Source of the DNA: Laetmonice hystrix
Lineage: Eukaryota
Reading direction: 5' to 3'
DNA length: 64,000 bases
Assembly: GCA_965235115.1 (NCBI GenBank)
Contig: OZ249436.1
Span: forward strand, 3,908,001 to 3,972,000
Under the pieces are notes generated by a model. It ran no database searches, was not told the DNA's origin, and was given only the letters and a program-made list of their open reading frames with translations. Both the position numbers and the translations under genes were made by a program. Of the stretch, positions 47,462 through 61,256 are shown piece after piece (within the stretch, counting starts at the first letter, position 1; the number at the start of each line of letters is the position of its first letter).

Positions 47462-48139
47462 ATGGCAATGAAAATGACTTCCCGAATGATTTCTTCAAGA
47501 TACCGGCAAGGATTCTGGTGCATGGTTGGGCAGCAAAGAGTTAGGCCAGTAGCATGTTGCCTGGACAGCAAAAAAAGTTCCCAAGTTCGTCGTCTATCGA
47601 CTTCACATGCGAGACCATGTCAGGTGTCTGACAAAACACATGGCAATACTCCAAAGACAGTCACGGAGGAAACATATACAATATTTTATCAGTTCCCACA
47701 TATCCGGACGATGCGTTTGATCTCAAGGATGAAGATCTATCAAACAGGACTGACTGTACTTGCACTACCAGGATTTTATATCGGACATTACTTGGGGCAC
47801 TTGGATGCTGCAGTTGTTACCACATCAACCGCAGTGGCAACTTTTGCAGGTGTTATGCTATATGTGATGAGCCATTACATGCGTCGGTTGATAGGATTAA
47901 TGGCTATCAATAAATCACATGATACACTACGTATCTCACATTTGAGTTTCTGGGGCAAGAGAAAAGATGTCTATGTACCTTTGGAACGCATTGTTCCAAT
48001 GTCAGAACTACCAGATCGTCCACACGATGCCTATCAAAAACTACGTATTTATGAAAGCAAAGATTTTTTTTACTACACTGTACGGTTTGGAGGGATGAAA
48101 GACAGGGAACTTTTCCGAGGCATTTTTGGGTTTTCTTAG
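47462..48139 (+). CDS. TMEM186: Transmembrane protein 186 (mitochondrial complex I assembly factor)
   Basis: Long exon after acceptor ttcaatttcAG (47459-47460). Basic transit-peptide-like N-terminus, 'IFYQFPHIRTMRLISRMKIYQTGLT', two TM segments, 'LRISHLSFWGKRKD', 'FRGIFG'. AATAAA at ~48233. Exact start uncertain. Confidence 0.85.
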   Translation: MAMKMTSRMISSRYRQGFWCMVGQQRVRPVACCLDSKKSSQVRRLSTSHARPCQVSDKTHGNTPKTVTEETYTIFYQFPHIRTMRLISRMKIYQTGLTVLALPGFYIGHYLGHLDAAVVTTSTAVATFAGVMLYVMSHYMRRLIGLMAINKSHDTLRISHLSFWGKRKDVYVPLERIVPMSELPDRPHDAYQKLRIYESKDFFYYTVRFGGMKDRELFRGIFGFS

Positions 48140-49058
48140 AACATTTGTTTCATTAAATTAATTACCTCAGTGAAGACCTTGATCTTCTCACCAATACATA
48201 ACTTGTATCCAGGCAATTCATTGAAAATGTTCAATAAAACATTTAAACAAACCTTTGCTAAAGATATTTTTTTACATGGAGTAATTTGGATAGAGTTATT
48301 CAAGACACTAGCATCTCTCTGCTGAGGCCAAACATTTGTTGAAGGTGACCTTACGAAGTTGGGCTGAATGTGCTGATCCACCCCAAATACTGGGGTGTGA
48401 TTAGATCCCTGCAGAAGGAAGTGAAGGACCCATGTGTAGATTTTTAAAAATTTGGCATCATTGAAAGATATACTGGACCCGTATTAGTACCCCACATTTT
48501 CCCTGGTATATAATAATTTTGTATTGTATGCTGGGCCCACGCTACTCGGTTGTGAAGTCGCCAATGGCCATTAGTTTCTCAAATTGGCTCGAAAAAATCT
48601 ATCTTGGCGAATTTTCTTGCAAATGGTACATAATAGAATTTGTTGAATTTTGGATAAAAATAAAAGTGTTTGGCTAGGTTATTGGCTAATCAGATTTGAA
48701 AGCCAGCGAGGGCTCCAGTATTGTGTAGGAACTTTACTAGATTACATGTAGGCCTATTAGCAGTTTCTGATTTTTGTAGGTTTTAGTAACTGGCCCTTCT
48801 CATAAACTACAACGGGCATACAAAGAGAAGTGATGCAGCATAAAAAATGCATTACATATTACAGTGACACAATTCTCACTTTCTCGTGGCCAATTCTTTA
48901 TGCATGGAGGATCACTACAAAACCAACCATTACCATATATGTTTTCACAGTTCATTTATTAAATTCATCCTGTACAAAGGTTTCTCAGTTCAAAAGAAAT
49001 GCTGTTTCTGATCTGTCAGTATCCGCAACTGGCTAAAGAACAAAACCAACTTCCTCTT

Positions 49059-50630
49059 CTAGGATATCAGCTGTAGCACTTGTCGTACCCGACTAACTTG
49101 TGAAGCAGTCAATATTTTACCTGGAAACAACAAACACATTTATTATTACTAGCTGTCTGGAAGATACTCCCAGGAGTGCTGGTACATGTACATTTGACTC
49201 AATGCCGCAAAAAAAACACTTTGAATGCTACGATACCTGGCAATTTAAATGAGTCCAGTAGCTTCACACTGAAGCTACATAGTGCCACCTGGTGGCAAGC
49301 AAGGACTTGACCGGGTTTTGTGTGTAATCTCAGTGCCCCAAATATTAGACTCGTAAGACATGGTATGTTTGAGGCAAAAATTGTGGCTATCTTACTGAAA
49401 TACACAATTGACATTACCCTTGTCCTCCTTGGATGCCCCATCCTTCTGCTGGTTATTGTCATCACCCTCCGATTGGTCATCGCTGTCGTCAGCCAATGCC
49501 TTCTCATGCGAGTTTAACAGCTCCTCAGCTTTTTCTGAAGTTACTTTTCTACCAAGACCTTTTAATCCTTCCAAATACTTCAAGAGTATTGAAAAGTCTT
49601 CATCAGATACCTATAAATATAAAAATGTAGAAAGCATACTTCAGAAATGATGTAGACAAAGTTACAAAGGGGCTGTAAGTCTGGAGCAAGACAAGAAATC
49701 ATGTTAAACAGGCCTTTCCAGTTTAAGCCTGCATGGAGCCATTGAAATGTTTTACTTTTACTTTTACTCCAAAGAGAAGCAAAAGCATGCCATACATAAC
49801 ATGAAGTATTACTTGCACAACCAAGTACACAGTCTAACATTTCTACTTCATATTCCTAAAAATTATATGAAAGATAATGTTTTATAGTAACTCTAAATTT
49901 GAGGTTTACCTACATCATCATCACTGTACATGTGCTTAAGCAGCCAAACTTGTCGTACTGTTTGAAACTTCCAATTGCTCCGATCACTTTCCCACTTTCT
50001 CAAATATTCTAGTGCTGCTGGTGAGGCAATATCTGCAGTATTACCACTCTGTGCATTAAGTTTATGTTGTTGTTTAGCATCCTTCTTCTGTTTCATGCGC
50101 TCACGTTTCTTGCGCTTCATTTCAGCCTTTTCCGGGTCTATTTTTGAATCTGAGTCGGGTGTAGGTTCATCCAATTCTGCTTCCTGACTGCAACCTTTCA
50201 TTTTTTTCATCACAATCTCTTCCTCCTCTACAACTGGAGCTGCCTTAGATTTTTTCCTTTTTTTTCGTCTGCCATCTGATTCTGAACAGTTTGATTCCTC
50301 TATTTCTGTAAGTGGTTCTATGGCTTCTTCTTTCGTGCTGTCAACTCGTGAATCAGAATCTTTGTCCTTCTTGTGTTTTTTCTTTTTTTTCTTACGTTTT
50401 GCATCTGACTGATTTGGTGAACTACTGGGTTCCTCATTATGACGCTCTTCCTTTGTTTGCTTTCCTTCCTCTAAAGGTATTTGTGACACTTCGCTTTCAT
50501 CTGCCCTATCTTGGTGCTTTTGTTTGCCTTTATGCTTTTTCTTTTCTGTCACGTTATGTTCCACTTCCTCAGTGAATTCTGCATCTGCATCAGAATGTCT
50601 TCTTCTTTTGGCCTTCTTTCTCTTTTCCAT
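49059..50630 (-). CDS. C7orf50: C7orf50-like WKF-domain protein with Lys/Glu-rich N-terminus, ~323 aa
   Basis: Exons 50630-49914, 49610-49418, 49120-49059. Motif ALEYLRKW..NWKFQTVRQVWLLKHMY..VSDEDFSILLKYLEGLKG..RVRQVLQLIS*. Acceptor at 50640-50639 implies an upstream exon that was not located. Confidence 0.85.
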
Positions 50631-53600
50631 TATTCAATCTGAAAAATGACAGGGGATATATTATTCAAAAATTGATGAAAAAAATGCTGAACTTATTGCT
50701 GAATAATAACATGCCAATGATGGCATATTGCAGATAATGTCCACCCTGTGAATACTGCGGAAAGCATCACAAAGAGTGCAATATGCTTTAATAATGAAAC
50801 TTAGTTATATCATGGCAAAATGTAATTTTTGAGCAGTGCTAGCAGTGTTCGGCCAGGCCACCAGTGTACTTTTTGATTACGCCTGTCCAGCATAGGCTCT
50901 ATAGTGTTTTGCTCTGGCTTTATCCAAAACAACTGTTTAAAATAAATTATTCATCAATGCCATCTCCTGGAGATAGCATTGTCATTGATGGCACTCCCAA
51001 GTATACTCCAACAAGTCAGAGTCCTAGTCCTTACGTCCATACGGACTCTGACCGTCGAGTACAAATGCGCCAGCGACTGCTATGCTGCCGGGGTTCTATC
51101 TCGGTCCTACCGCGCATCATCGCCTCGAAGTCTTTTTTTAGACCACTTTTGGCACTGAAACTTGCTGAGAGTACACAAAAGAGGTTACTTCACCAGATAC
51201 GTAAATGTATTTTGTTGGATGTTATTTTAGTAGGTGAAATTCTCAGTTTGTTTGGTCAAATACAGCGCAGCGCGGGTGACGAGCGGTGACCCAGTTTATC
51301 GCGTGTGCGTATTTTTGACCTCTACAGTGGATCCGGAACGAACCGCATAAATAGGTCGCGCTCTGTTCAAGCAGACGCTGACGGCACAGAGTGAAGCTAC
51401 CCGTTTCGGGTACCAGTAGCGATCTAACTTTTATCAGTTCCCGGTCACTCGGTGCACTGCAGATGGCTGCCGGACCTACGGACCCGACATGCTCGTAAAC
51501 AACCGGACCGTGTGGACGTTATATTTGTCCAATAATTATAATCAAAGTCGGAATAGAAATTTCAATACTGTGGCACTCTATAAAAATCGATTTCATACTC
51601 CGTGGAAGAAGTTTAGAACCAAAACGAAGGCCGCAAAGTTGCGATAACGGACCTCTTCGCAGAGCGTCTATGACTATGACTCATAGCGCGCAGCGCGCGC
51701 CGCCGAAGGCGGCGCCGCGAAGCGCTGTTATGGCAACGTACGTAGGCCTAGATCTTCTCAACCTCTGCCCGATCCACCAAGCCAACAACTTAAACCGGAT
51801 GGTAACCGGACCGCAGTCCATGCACGGCGCCATCTTGAATGTCCGAGTTGCGGGATTTTCTCGATTGTGATTGGTCGAAAAAATGTCAATTAATGAGAAA
51901 CTCGTAAAGAATGCAAAAATATTCCAGCTATAGCCTAATTAAATTATGGCTCCAATGACTGAAGGAGAAATATGGGATCTATACTTTCACCAGCCGATCG
52001 CTGTCTGTAAACTACTTTGGCTTGTGCGATTCTCAAAACTAGTTCCCTCAAATCCCGCTATGCGCCGCCAGCGCTGAAAGCCCACTTCCGCCGACTGGGA
52101 CTTCCGGTGTCAACATCCAGTACGACACACCGCCGCTTTGTTTCCGAGTATGATCGTCGGGCTCGATTGGGCTATAGCGACGCACTGTTAGTGCGTCATC
52201 TTCGGCTATAGATAGAGTTAGGATTAGTTAAGGTTAGGGTTAGCTCTCAATCATTTCTGTCTGATGAATAGATAGGCCTATTCATACTAGTCTACCTGTG
52301 ATCGTTAGGCCGCAGTACCTCGCCGTAACGTAGACGTAGTCGTTAGAGTTTAACATCCACCTACCACAGCACTAGTCTACTGCTACCACACGCTGCGCGC
52401 TCCCTATGTCCCCGACATTTCATATTAGTATGAGTCGCTAGGCCAGCGTCACTCAACAACTAAACGGTGTTCTGGAAGACACCGTTTAGAAACTGAACTA
52501 TCCCAAGTAGTAGTACTAGTACTACTAGTTAGTACTACTAGTAGTAGTGTCACAGACACAGTGGCAGTTTATGGAGGGTCCCGTTTTGAGGTGGGGGCCC
52601 TATGCCCCCCTATGCCTATGGCTAAAGTTATGGCCTAAACTCAGGCTAAAGCCTAAAGAGTAACTGTAAAACTGTAAACATGGTAAAAGACAAAAGTAAA
52701 CAGAACTGTCGACTTTTGTCTGCTTCATTCGGAAAAACTGATTCCAAGATTGGTGTCATCTAAGATTTCTGATACAGCTTACAGTTTCTATACCAATCGT
52801 TCTCTAGAAGTTTCGCTGTTACTTACTTAGTCCTTACCTTTGCCTTGTTTTGTTAGTGTGTCACCACGTGCACGTGCTTGCGGAAATATCGAGCGACAAA
52901 GGGCAAAAATAACGCCGTTGATCAGAACCAGTGTCTACGCGATTTATATTCTTACACACAAGGTGTCGCTTTTGCATCTTTTTAGAATGTTTCACTGTTC
53001 TCCCGCTAGGGGGCCTCCACCTCCTGGAGGAGTGAGCCGTGAAACAGTTCCCACAGTGTAGGCCTATATTTTTTTTTATCATCAAAGCGCAGGCGAAGAC
53101 CGATGAGTGGTGATCACCAAGCTATCAAGCCAGCGACCTGTAGACGTCCAAAAATGTGATGAGTGTAAAATTATAGGATTCATAGCGCGTGTCCCTAGGG
53201 GGTTCCGGGTTCAACCCCCCCCCCCCTAGAAATCCCCCTAGATCTACTCGATCTTGACAAGAGCCCCCATTTGTTTAGCGCTCTAGATCTATATTAGAAA
53301 AACTTATTAGCGGCAATAACTTATTTGTCTACGGCCTTGAGGCGAAGGCCTATCTAGGCTTTTTGTTCCCTGTCACCCGAAATCCCTATCACTATATCGT
53401 AATAATACGGAGGTGGCAATTAAAAATAGCTTTATTGGCTGGCCTTATAATAGCGCAACAGCACGTGGGACCCAAAGTCCCTAAAACAAACAGTGTTTAA
53501 CTTTGTCATAGGATATTTCAATAGCCTACATAGGCCTATATGTAGGCCTATCGGGATGTAACATGATAGGCCTAGGCCTATGTGATTGTCAGAGGATGAA

Positions 53601-54090
53601 ACATTTTGCCGTAAGTTTTTCACTTAAAAAAGGGGGAAATCTAAGGGGGGCTAGGCGGGGCCCCTAGGTCCCCCTGGATCTCCCATTGCAGTGAATAATA
53701 TGGCTCAACATAAGCAAATAAAGATATTAAGCCCAGAGTAGAATGACTTAGGCCTAGGTTCTATTGGGCATTTGGTAACTCATTAGGCTATCTTCTAAAT
53801 AGGCTATAGGCCTAGCCCTATAGGCACATGATAAAAAAGTGTGATGCGCATGTTTCAAAATCAATGATAAGCACGTAAAACGAATAGCTAATTTGTCGAA
53901 ACTTTGTGTGTGTGTTTTTTTTATTTATTTTTTTTGGGGGGGGGGGGGGAGGGTGTGACAGCTGGCTAAAATGGTTAGGCCTAGGCCCCCATAAGCATTG
54001 CCATAGAGTCTATAGGTATGGGCCTAGGCCGCCTAACCAGAAACCGGGATTTCTGTTCTCTCTCTGTCTCATGTCTCTGTCTCTGTCTGA

Positions 54091-54207
<117 letters not shown>

Positions 54208-54679
54208 CTCTTTTTTTTTGGGGGGGGGGGGGGGATTAGGCCTAGTCTACTTCTGTTCGTTGTCGGTAGGCCTATGCCTACCCGATATGGAGGGCCCCTG
54301 CGTTTGATTTTTTTTTCTAAATAGGCCTAGATGCCTGTTCGAGTGCATGCCTATGGCCAAAGTCCAGTCCAGTCCAGTCCCAGTTCTCTGGCCACTGACG
54401 GGCGGCGGGGGCAAGTCATAGCTCTGGCTCTACTGGCGCGCACCTGTTAGAAGTGGTGGTAGGGGCCTACCTTCCCGCGCCGTTAGGAGGCTGCATGATA
54501 GATTCTAGGCCTAATATTAATAAATTAATGTCCTGTTGACTGGAAACCATTTGAATGCAATTATTAATATAGGCAGAACGGATATTAATGTCGATACATC
54601 TAGTGTAATGTATTTTAAAACGAAAATGTTTCATTTTGTTGCGAAGCCGGCGTTTTGGCGGCAAGTCGCACCAGGAAGG

Positions 54680-54907
54680 TTATTTCTCGATGGCGGAAAA
54701 TGGCGGACTTTGCCGAAGAGTTCCGAGCGCGGTTTAATGATCACGTGGGATATGCGCACGCCTCTGATTGGTGCTCAACGTCTTTGTGGTAAATTCGAAC
54801 GTCTGGCATAGATCGTGGGACGACTTCGGCCAGGTCGGATGAATATGGGTCGAGCAGCCGAGAACAACTCTTAATTTCTAAAAGGAAAGAACTATTCAGT
54901 CCCGACT
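54680..54907 (+). promoter_or_regulatory. CpG-rich promoter and probable non-coding first exon (likely of the NuMA-like gene)
   Basis: Tandem ATGGCGG (YY1-like AAAATGGCGG) motifs at 54690-54706, CpG-rich context, strong donor GTAAGT after 54907. Confidence 0.5.
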
Positions 54908-56739
54908 GTAAGTATATTTTAAGTGTTCTTTGTATCCCTAGGATATGCTTTGGGTTTTTAAATAAGAAACGAATGTGCTAGGCCTGTGACAATTCCATAA
55001 ATAACAAAGACTAAAGTCAAAATTTCCGGCCCCCAGCGCCAGTTTTTCATATCCACGACCACGGTCACCGCGGGACTGCGGCAGTGCGGGCCCCGGGCGG
55101 CCAACGCAACGATTTTACATTTTCAATTTTAGTGCTAGCTGAACTTTGTAGTTTTAGCGTTTTAGGTCACGGGCCACGACCACAACCATAATGAAGTTAC
55201 AGAAGGAGAGGAAGGCCTGAATAGCCACCTAAAGCTGAATACATCCCGATGATTCAAATCAAATACTAGCCTTCAATTTCAAAACATTAGTGATTAGGCC
55301 TAAATGATTTAAATTAGATCTAGTACGGATACCGTACTAGAGTAGACAGACTTTGTAGATCTAACTTGTCAAAACTGACTTTTGTTTTGACACGCAGTCG
55401 CTTCTTGACTTAAGTGTTTTCTAAAAATTGAGGAATGTCAGAGTGTGAACGGTGAAGTCAAGATAAACCTTCACCTTGTGTTCGTTCAAGTTATTGCCGT
55501 TGGCGGGTAAGAGACTCCATGCCCCACGTCAAACTCAACTCAAGCCAAGCTTAGCCACTGACTGTTAGTGTTATCAAATCTCTAATATAAATATGACTGT
55601 AGACTACAGTGTCAGTGAGTAGATCTAGACGTTTGGCGCACCATTTAAAGAGCATGTTTTCAAAATCTTCCCGGGGGAAGAACCCACTCAGTGACCCAGA
55701 CCCAGGCCTTGCAGTTTGAAAAATGGTGGAGAGCTATAAACAGTCCTCCTAAAAATGCCCAGGAGAGTGATTTGCTCTCCTGTCTAAAATGACACTTTGT
55801 TACATTAATTGAATGTTCTATGTTTATAATACATTGACTGATGAATTATATTTCAGAAACTGATACCATAAGATAATTTAAACAATATAAAAGTACTGAA
55901 TCCAGCCGTATGAATTCCTTTCTTGAACCGTAATCTTCTGTGTCCAAGCTGCACTTTTTTCTTCCTCAAACTAATCATAGATTGGGGGTGCGGCTTATAG
56001 ATGGACACTCATGTGTCTGAGGATGGTCAAGAAGTTAGTTCAGTATATATTATCCCTGGGTCTCTAGGTTCCCAGTGGGAACTATAGCCTGCTATATACC
56101 AAAAGCTGCATGGTGTTCCTCCAACACCCATTGTTTTACGTGTGAATATATGATGGCTTCCAAATTAAAGGTGTGCCCTATTGTTTTCAATGCCCAGGGA
56201 AAGTAACAGCCCGATTAACAATGGGAGGTGATGGTGACCCTGGCGTCTGGACAGTGAGTTTTCACACTATGACCAGTCTGGGGAAGCATCTAGCTGATAC
56301 ACGTCTCAGCATGTTCCATAGGGTTGACAGTTGGGGCCCCACTTTGCTGTCACTGGCGTCATTAGCCGACCTCCCCTTGTGTGCAGTTGTAGTTCGTTTC
56401 CTAAGCCATGGAGCGCGAAAATTCACGCGCCAAAAAGAGAATTTAGGTGCGCGATGGTGCGCGAGAGCGATCGCGCACCTCAAAACGCAAGGCCTGCAGA
56501 CCCCTGTCTAGAGTGGGCTTCATGCCTTAGCAGAGCCATAGGCGCTCGCGACTGCACACCTTCGGTGTTTGCCCATCACCTTTCCCACACTGTGAGAAAT
56601 ATTCCTGGCTAGAACACTGGTATTGCAGTCACATGACCCATCCATATGCCGGCAGAATAACCACTGCCTAAAATTGGCATCAATAATTTGTGGGATAAAT
56701 AGATCAGTTACACTTAGATACAAATTATGTCAAAAGACA

Positions 56740-59388
56740 TATGGTCGATTCTCACCAACTGTCGACAACTGGTATATAATGGGGTAAAAAATAAATTTGG
56801 TATAATAATAAAAATCTTTTGTGTGCACAGAGTACAGGGGTTAGGGTATCCACAGGCTAAGTTGGGAACATTAAATCATAAAACTGTAACCATAGCAACA
56901 GAGCAAAGGATTCTGTGTAGTTACCCGTATGCCCCTAATTTGCTAAACCTACGTAAATGTATTTCGGTTTTGTTCGTGGCATATCTGGGTAAAAATATAA
57001 AGAACTCAAATATCTGATAGGTTAAAACAAAGTAATACCACCAGCGAAGCTTCTATTACATCAGTTTTCCTCCCTAAAAGACTGTAGTTACCCGTACGCC
57101 CAGTAGTTACCCGTACGCCCTGTAGTTACCCGTGACACTATAAGTTGACTAGACTTGCCGGTGAAACGACCGCAAACACCTAACGACGTTGTTTGACGTC
57201 TGTTTCTGACGTAATACTTTCACATCTTGTCGATAGGTGGCGGGCACAGACTATTTCCATGCATTACCATCAGGGGGATACGGGTAACCACGCGTGACGG
57301 GTAACCACGCTGGTTACCTTGACCTCTGTACTGACCATTACAGGGCTTGTACAATTTCATAATTTTCACATATTGTCCCTTACATTATAAAGATATTATA
57401 GGCAGACCACAGATAATTAAATGTAAAAACTACACGAGATGTACAATAGTAAAGTGCATACGGGTAACTACGAGAAAACTACACCAAACCATTGTTTTAG
57501 AAGTCCATGAGAACCATGTTCAATGTTTAAGGTATTTTCTCTCTATTTTTACCTTCATACATATAGGGCGATTCCATACATGTCGTACGGACATTCAGAC
57601 AACATTTTTTAATCTGAGATGCCTATGACAATGTAAGCAGAAACTGATGTATTACTAAATGAGAGACTTATATCCTAGTATGAACTCAGCATAATGAAAA
57701 AAAAAAATTCTCGTTTTAATTAAGTGAAATTAGTGAAAAACTAATCTGTCGTACGGACGCAGAGAAAACACTTTTTTTTAACCTACAACTTCAGATGAAA
57801 AACTCTCTGAGTTGATGCTGAAAAAAATCATGAAACTGATATTAAAAGATCTATAGGAAGTTGTTTAAAGGTTAAAAATTGTATTATGAAGAAATTATTT
57901 TTTTCTGCGAAATAAACAGAAATCATATTTAAAAAAAAAAACTGTCGTACGGACATAGAAAATCTGTCGTACGGATGTTTCTGATTTTATTGCTAGTACA
58001 GCAGTAAAACTCCCTTTTTTCATCGTTTTAGGAAAAGTAACCATGAAACAATGACAATGTATTGCAGATTTAAAGATTTTTTAATTCATTATCAGTAATA
58101 ATTATAAAAAGACAACATTAAATTAGAAATCTGTCGTACGGACAAAATACAATCTGTCGTACAGACACCTTTTATCTAGAAACTTGCAAAGTGTCTAGAA
58201 GCATCGTTTGCCTTCACCCTGTAATGCCCCAAAGGGTTAATAACTTGTATCAACAATAATCACAAAGAAATGATAGCGTGTGTCTGAAAAAAAGAGGAAA
58301 ATCCTATGGTCTGTCGTACGGACATCGTACGGACATGTCCGTACGACAGAAAATCTGTCGTACAGACTAATTTTTAAGGCCAATTATAAATCACCTGATT
58401 AATAAAAATTTGTTACAACTGACTGACTTTGTTTGTTTTAGCTAAGATACAGAGGATTTGCAGTAAGAAAGAAAATTCTTGGAAAATATGGATATTATGA
58501 AAACTTTTCGACATTTTTCTGTCGTACGGACATTGCACACATAGTTATGATTAATTAACAAATTTTTTGTCAACAGAAATTTTGTCTCATTGAAAAAAAT
58601 CCTTAATTATATGTTGCTAATGAACTCAGAAATTGACTCATTGGTTATAGCAACATTAGAAGTCTTTTGTTAAAAAATATGGGCTTAGTAAAGCAAAATA
58701 TTAAAAAAATTCAAATTTTCAGAAGAATTACAATTTTCATCAAAATTGCCTAAAAAACACATATTGAATGAAATTTTTCCTACGATATCTTATTGTTCTA
58801 GGTAGATGAGACCCCCAACTCAATTAATTCATCATTACTTTGCTATTTAGTGCAATTTTGAATTTCAGTATTCATGTCCACCTTTGCATGGAATCGCCCT
58901 ATAGAGGTATTAAACATTATGATAGCACATTTTTTTCGTGTGCACCTTATATTTGGAGAGAACCAGGGACAGCTGATTTTAAAAACATGACGGGTAACTA
59001 CTAAAAATTACACAATCATTATCAAGTCACTCAGTGTATCTCCATAATAATATTCCCATGATGCACAGACAAAAAATATATCTTTAATCCTTAGACTACT
59101 TGAATGTCATCAAAAAACTTACATTCGTTTTATTTTTTCTCATCGTAGATGCTTTAAACTATATGATCTGTGCGATTTTTGTGAAAAAATGGCCTTTCCT
59201 GGTGTTTAATTTTGCTCTATCTCCCTTGATTTTGATGATAGATATGCAAATGTAGGGTTCCTTGTGAAGATCTCGACACGTCGGATACGATGGAATAGGG
59301 GGAAATCAAAAGTAAATAACTTTGAAAGATTTATTCAGAACAGAAATGAGAATTTCCAGTTGTCGACAGTTGGTGAGAATCGACCATA
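56740..59388. mobile_element. Non-autonomous DNA transposon with ~33-bp TIRs
   Basis: tatggtcgattctcaccaactgtcgacaactgg / ccagttgtcgacagttggtgagaatcgaccata; internal gtagttacccgt / acgggtaactac repeats; no transposase ORF. Confidence 0.8.
57562..58903. mobile_element. Second non-autonomous DNA element nested in the first
   Basis: tatagggcgattccat / atggaatcgccctata; ~10 copies of ctgtcgtacggac, AT-rich. Confidence 0.75.
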
Positions 59389-59987
59389 TATGATAACAAC
59401 CTGGTTGCCTAACAAGACTGGTGATTGTCCAGTGCAGTGTAGGGCATGAAATCGTGGCATTTGGAGGTACATTTTAAAAGCAAAACAGACAGGCATTTTT
59501 GTTTGTATGTGGAATTAATTTCTTCCACAGTCAAACAAAGGCGAATCTCTCAAACAGTAAAGTCATTAAACTTAAAGTCTCAAGTTCAGTCAAGTCATTA
59601 AGCATCTCAAACAGTTTCCAAGGTTGCAGGAGTTGATGGAGGCTTAGAGTCTACAGCCAACACTGCAGATGGGCACACTGGTAGGCATCCGGGTGCCTGT
59701 TCCCTCATTCAGCTAGATACATTTCTGCTCTGGATGCCAGTGACTGCTTCTTACAGACCAGTTGCCTGCCAGGCGTTACCTAGACAAGTGTTGGTAGCCC
59801 GCCGCTTCAAAATGGTTGTCCCGGGTGTCCGGGCAGACAATTTGGCAAGCCCTGCAGCAAAATAAGATTGATTCGCAGGTAGTACTAAATTATAGTGAAC
59901 ATTTTGGAAAATGATTAGCTAAATGTGCACATCAGTTGTATAGCAATTTGCAATGCGAAACAGGTTATTTTGCTGCTTGGGTACTCT

Positions 59988-61050
59988 ATGTCAGTCAAGT
60001 CAAGGGAAAGCTCTGTGGTATGATAGTCAAGTCAAGCCCTGGGAGACCTCTGGGATGTATGTCAGTCAAGTCAAGGAGAGAGCTCTGTAATACCGGTACT
60101 TGTATGTCAGTCAAGTCAAGGGGAGAGCTCTGTGATACATGTCAGTCAAGTCAAGGGGAGAGCTCTGTGATACATGTCAGTCAAGTCAAGGGGAGAGCTC
60201 TGTGATACATGTCAGTCAAGTCAAGGGGAGAGCTCTGTGATACATGTCAGTCAAGTCAAGGGGAGAGCTCTGTGATACATGTCAGTCAAGTCAAGGGGAG
60301 AGCTCTGTGATACATGTCAGTCAAGTCAAGGGGAGAGCTCTGTGATGTATGTCAGTCAAGTCAAGGGGAGAGCTCTGTGGTACATGTCAGTCAAGTCAAG
60401 GGGAGAGCTCTGTGATACATGTCAGTCAAGTCAAGGGGAGAGCTCTGTGATACATGTCAGTCAAGTCAAGGGGAGAGCTCTGTGATACATGTCAGTCAAG
60501 TCAAGGGGAGAGCTCTGTGATACATGTCAGTCAAGTCAAGGGGAGAGCTCTGTGATACATGTCAGTCAAGTCAAGAGGAGAGCTCTGTGATACATGTCAG
60601 TCAAGTCAAGGGTAGAGCTCTGTGATACATGTCAGTCAAGTCAAGAGGAGAGCTCTGTGATACATGTCAGTCAAGTCAAGGGGAGAGCTCTGTGGTCTGT
60701 CAGTCAAGTCAAGGAGAGAGCTCTGTAATACCGGTACTTGTATGTCAGTCAAGTCAAGGGGAGAGCTCTGTGATACATGTCAGTCAAGTCAAGGGGAGAG
60801 CTCTGTGATACATGTCAGTCAAGTCAAGGGTAGAGTTCTGTGATACATGTCAGTCAAGTCAAGGGGAGAGCTCTGTGGTCTGTCAGTCAAGTCAAGGAGA
60901 GAGCTCTGTAATACCGGTACTTGTATGTCAGTCAAGTCAAGGGGAGAGCTCTGTGATACATGTCAGTCAAGTCAAGGGGAGAGCTCTGTGATACATGTCA
61001 GTCAAGTCAAGGGTAGAGTTCTGTGATGTATGTCAGTCAAGTCAAGAGGA
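59988..61050. repeat. 35-bp minisatellite (~29 copies)
   Basis: Unit tgtcagtcaagtcaaggggagagctctgtgataca. Confidence 0.97.
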
Positions 61051-61256
61051 GAGAGATAAACAGAGTCCTGAGCACAGACGGCCAAATGAATAGAAAGAAA
61101 TGGAGGAATCCTAAGTTGAGAAAATGCCGAAACATTCACTGCAAACATTCTTCATGATTCGGGAAGATTCCTGATTGACATTCATAACCAAATTTTGGTA
61201 GGTATGATAATTTAGTTAAAATATGATTTTTTTTATATTTTAGTTCAACCTCCAGA

